A stretch of 64,000 nt of DNA, taken from Bdellovibrio sp. Lineage in GTDB: Bacteria; Bdellovibrionota; Bdellovibrionia; Bdellovibrionales; Bdellovibrionaceae. The position numbers and the translations under genes were made by a program. The notes below the pieces were generated by a model. That model had not been told where the DNA came from, did no database searches, and saw nothing but the letters and a program-made list of their open reading frames with translations. The stretch spans positions 1-64,000 of the forward strand of contig JAKFBS010000004.1 in assembly GCA_036677065.1 (NCBI GenBank), read 5' to 3'. Of the stretch, positions 63,984 through 64,000 are shown piece after piece; positions within the stretch are counted from its first letter, which is position 1, and each line of letters opens with the position of its first letter.

Positions 63984-64000
63984 AATTATTAATCTTATTA
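63980..64000 (+). CDS. Start of next gene (MKLLILL..., signal-peptide-like), truncated by window
   Basis: ATGA overlap with the permease stop; GAGGA upstream. Confidence 0.55.

Overview
This window looks like a chromosomal segment of an AT-rich Bdellovibrionaceae-like predatory bacterium (inferred from 16S features, the pil cluster layout and a TIGR02147-type gene). In order it holds: the 3' part of the dcw cluster (ftsW-murG-murC-murB); hpf; a long co-directional run metK-lepA-3x signal peptidase I-pyrB-carA-orf-carB-solute-binding protein-pilH/pilI-like ABC-pilD-pilMNOPQ; one rRNA operon (tRNA-Ala upstream, 16S, tRNA-Ile, 23S, 5S); a MIDAS/vWA lipoprotein; tRNA-Pro followed by accessory genes; a displaced rpsR / rpmB-rplX group; ETF-QO; an RlmL-like methylase; a TIGR02147 regulator paired with a HEXXH secreted protein; lpxD, infA and tex. 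The best candidate for an undescribed system is at the right end: a lipid-type biosynthetic cluster built on a KAS-III (DarB/StlD-like) ketosynthase fused to a heme-oxygenase-like diiron domain, with an unknown protein, two membrane desaturase/hydroxylases, a secreted phospholipase D and a LolCDE-like ABC exporter that runs off the window. Other notable items are a signal peptidase paralogue with Thr at the catalytic Ser, an unannotated 36-aa very basic ORF, a recurrent intergenic palindrome TGTC-N9-GACA, and three sigma28-like promoters. I saw no CRISPR array, transposase or integrase. All family assignments come from motifs recognised by eye; no database searches were run.
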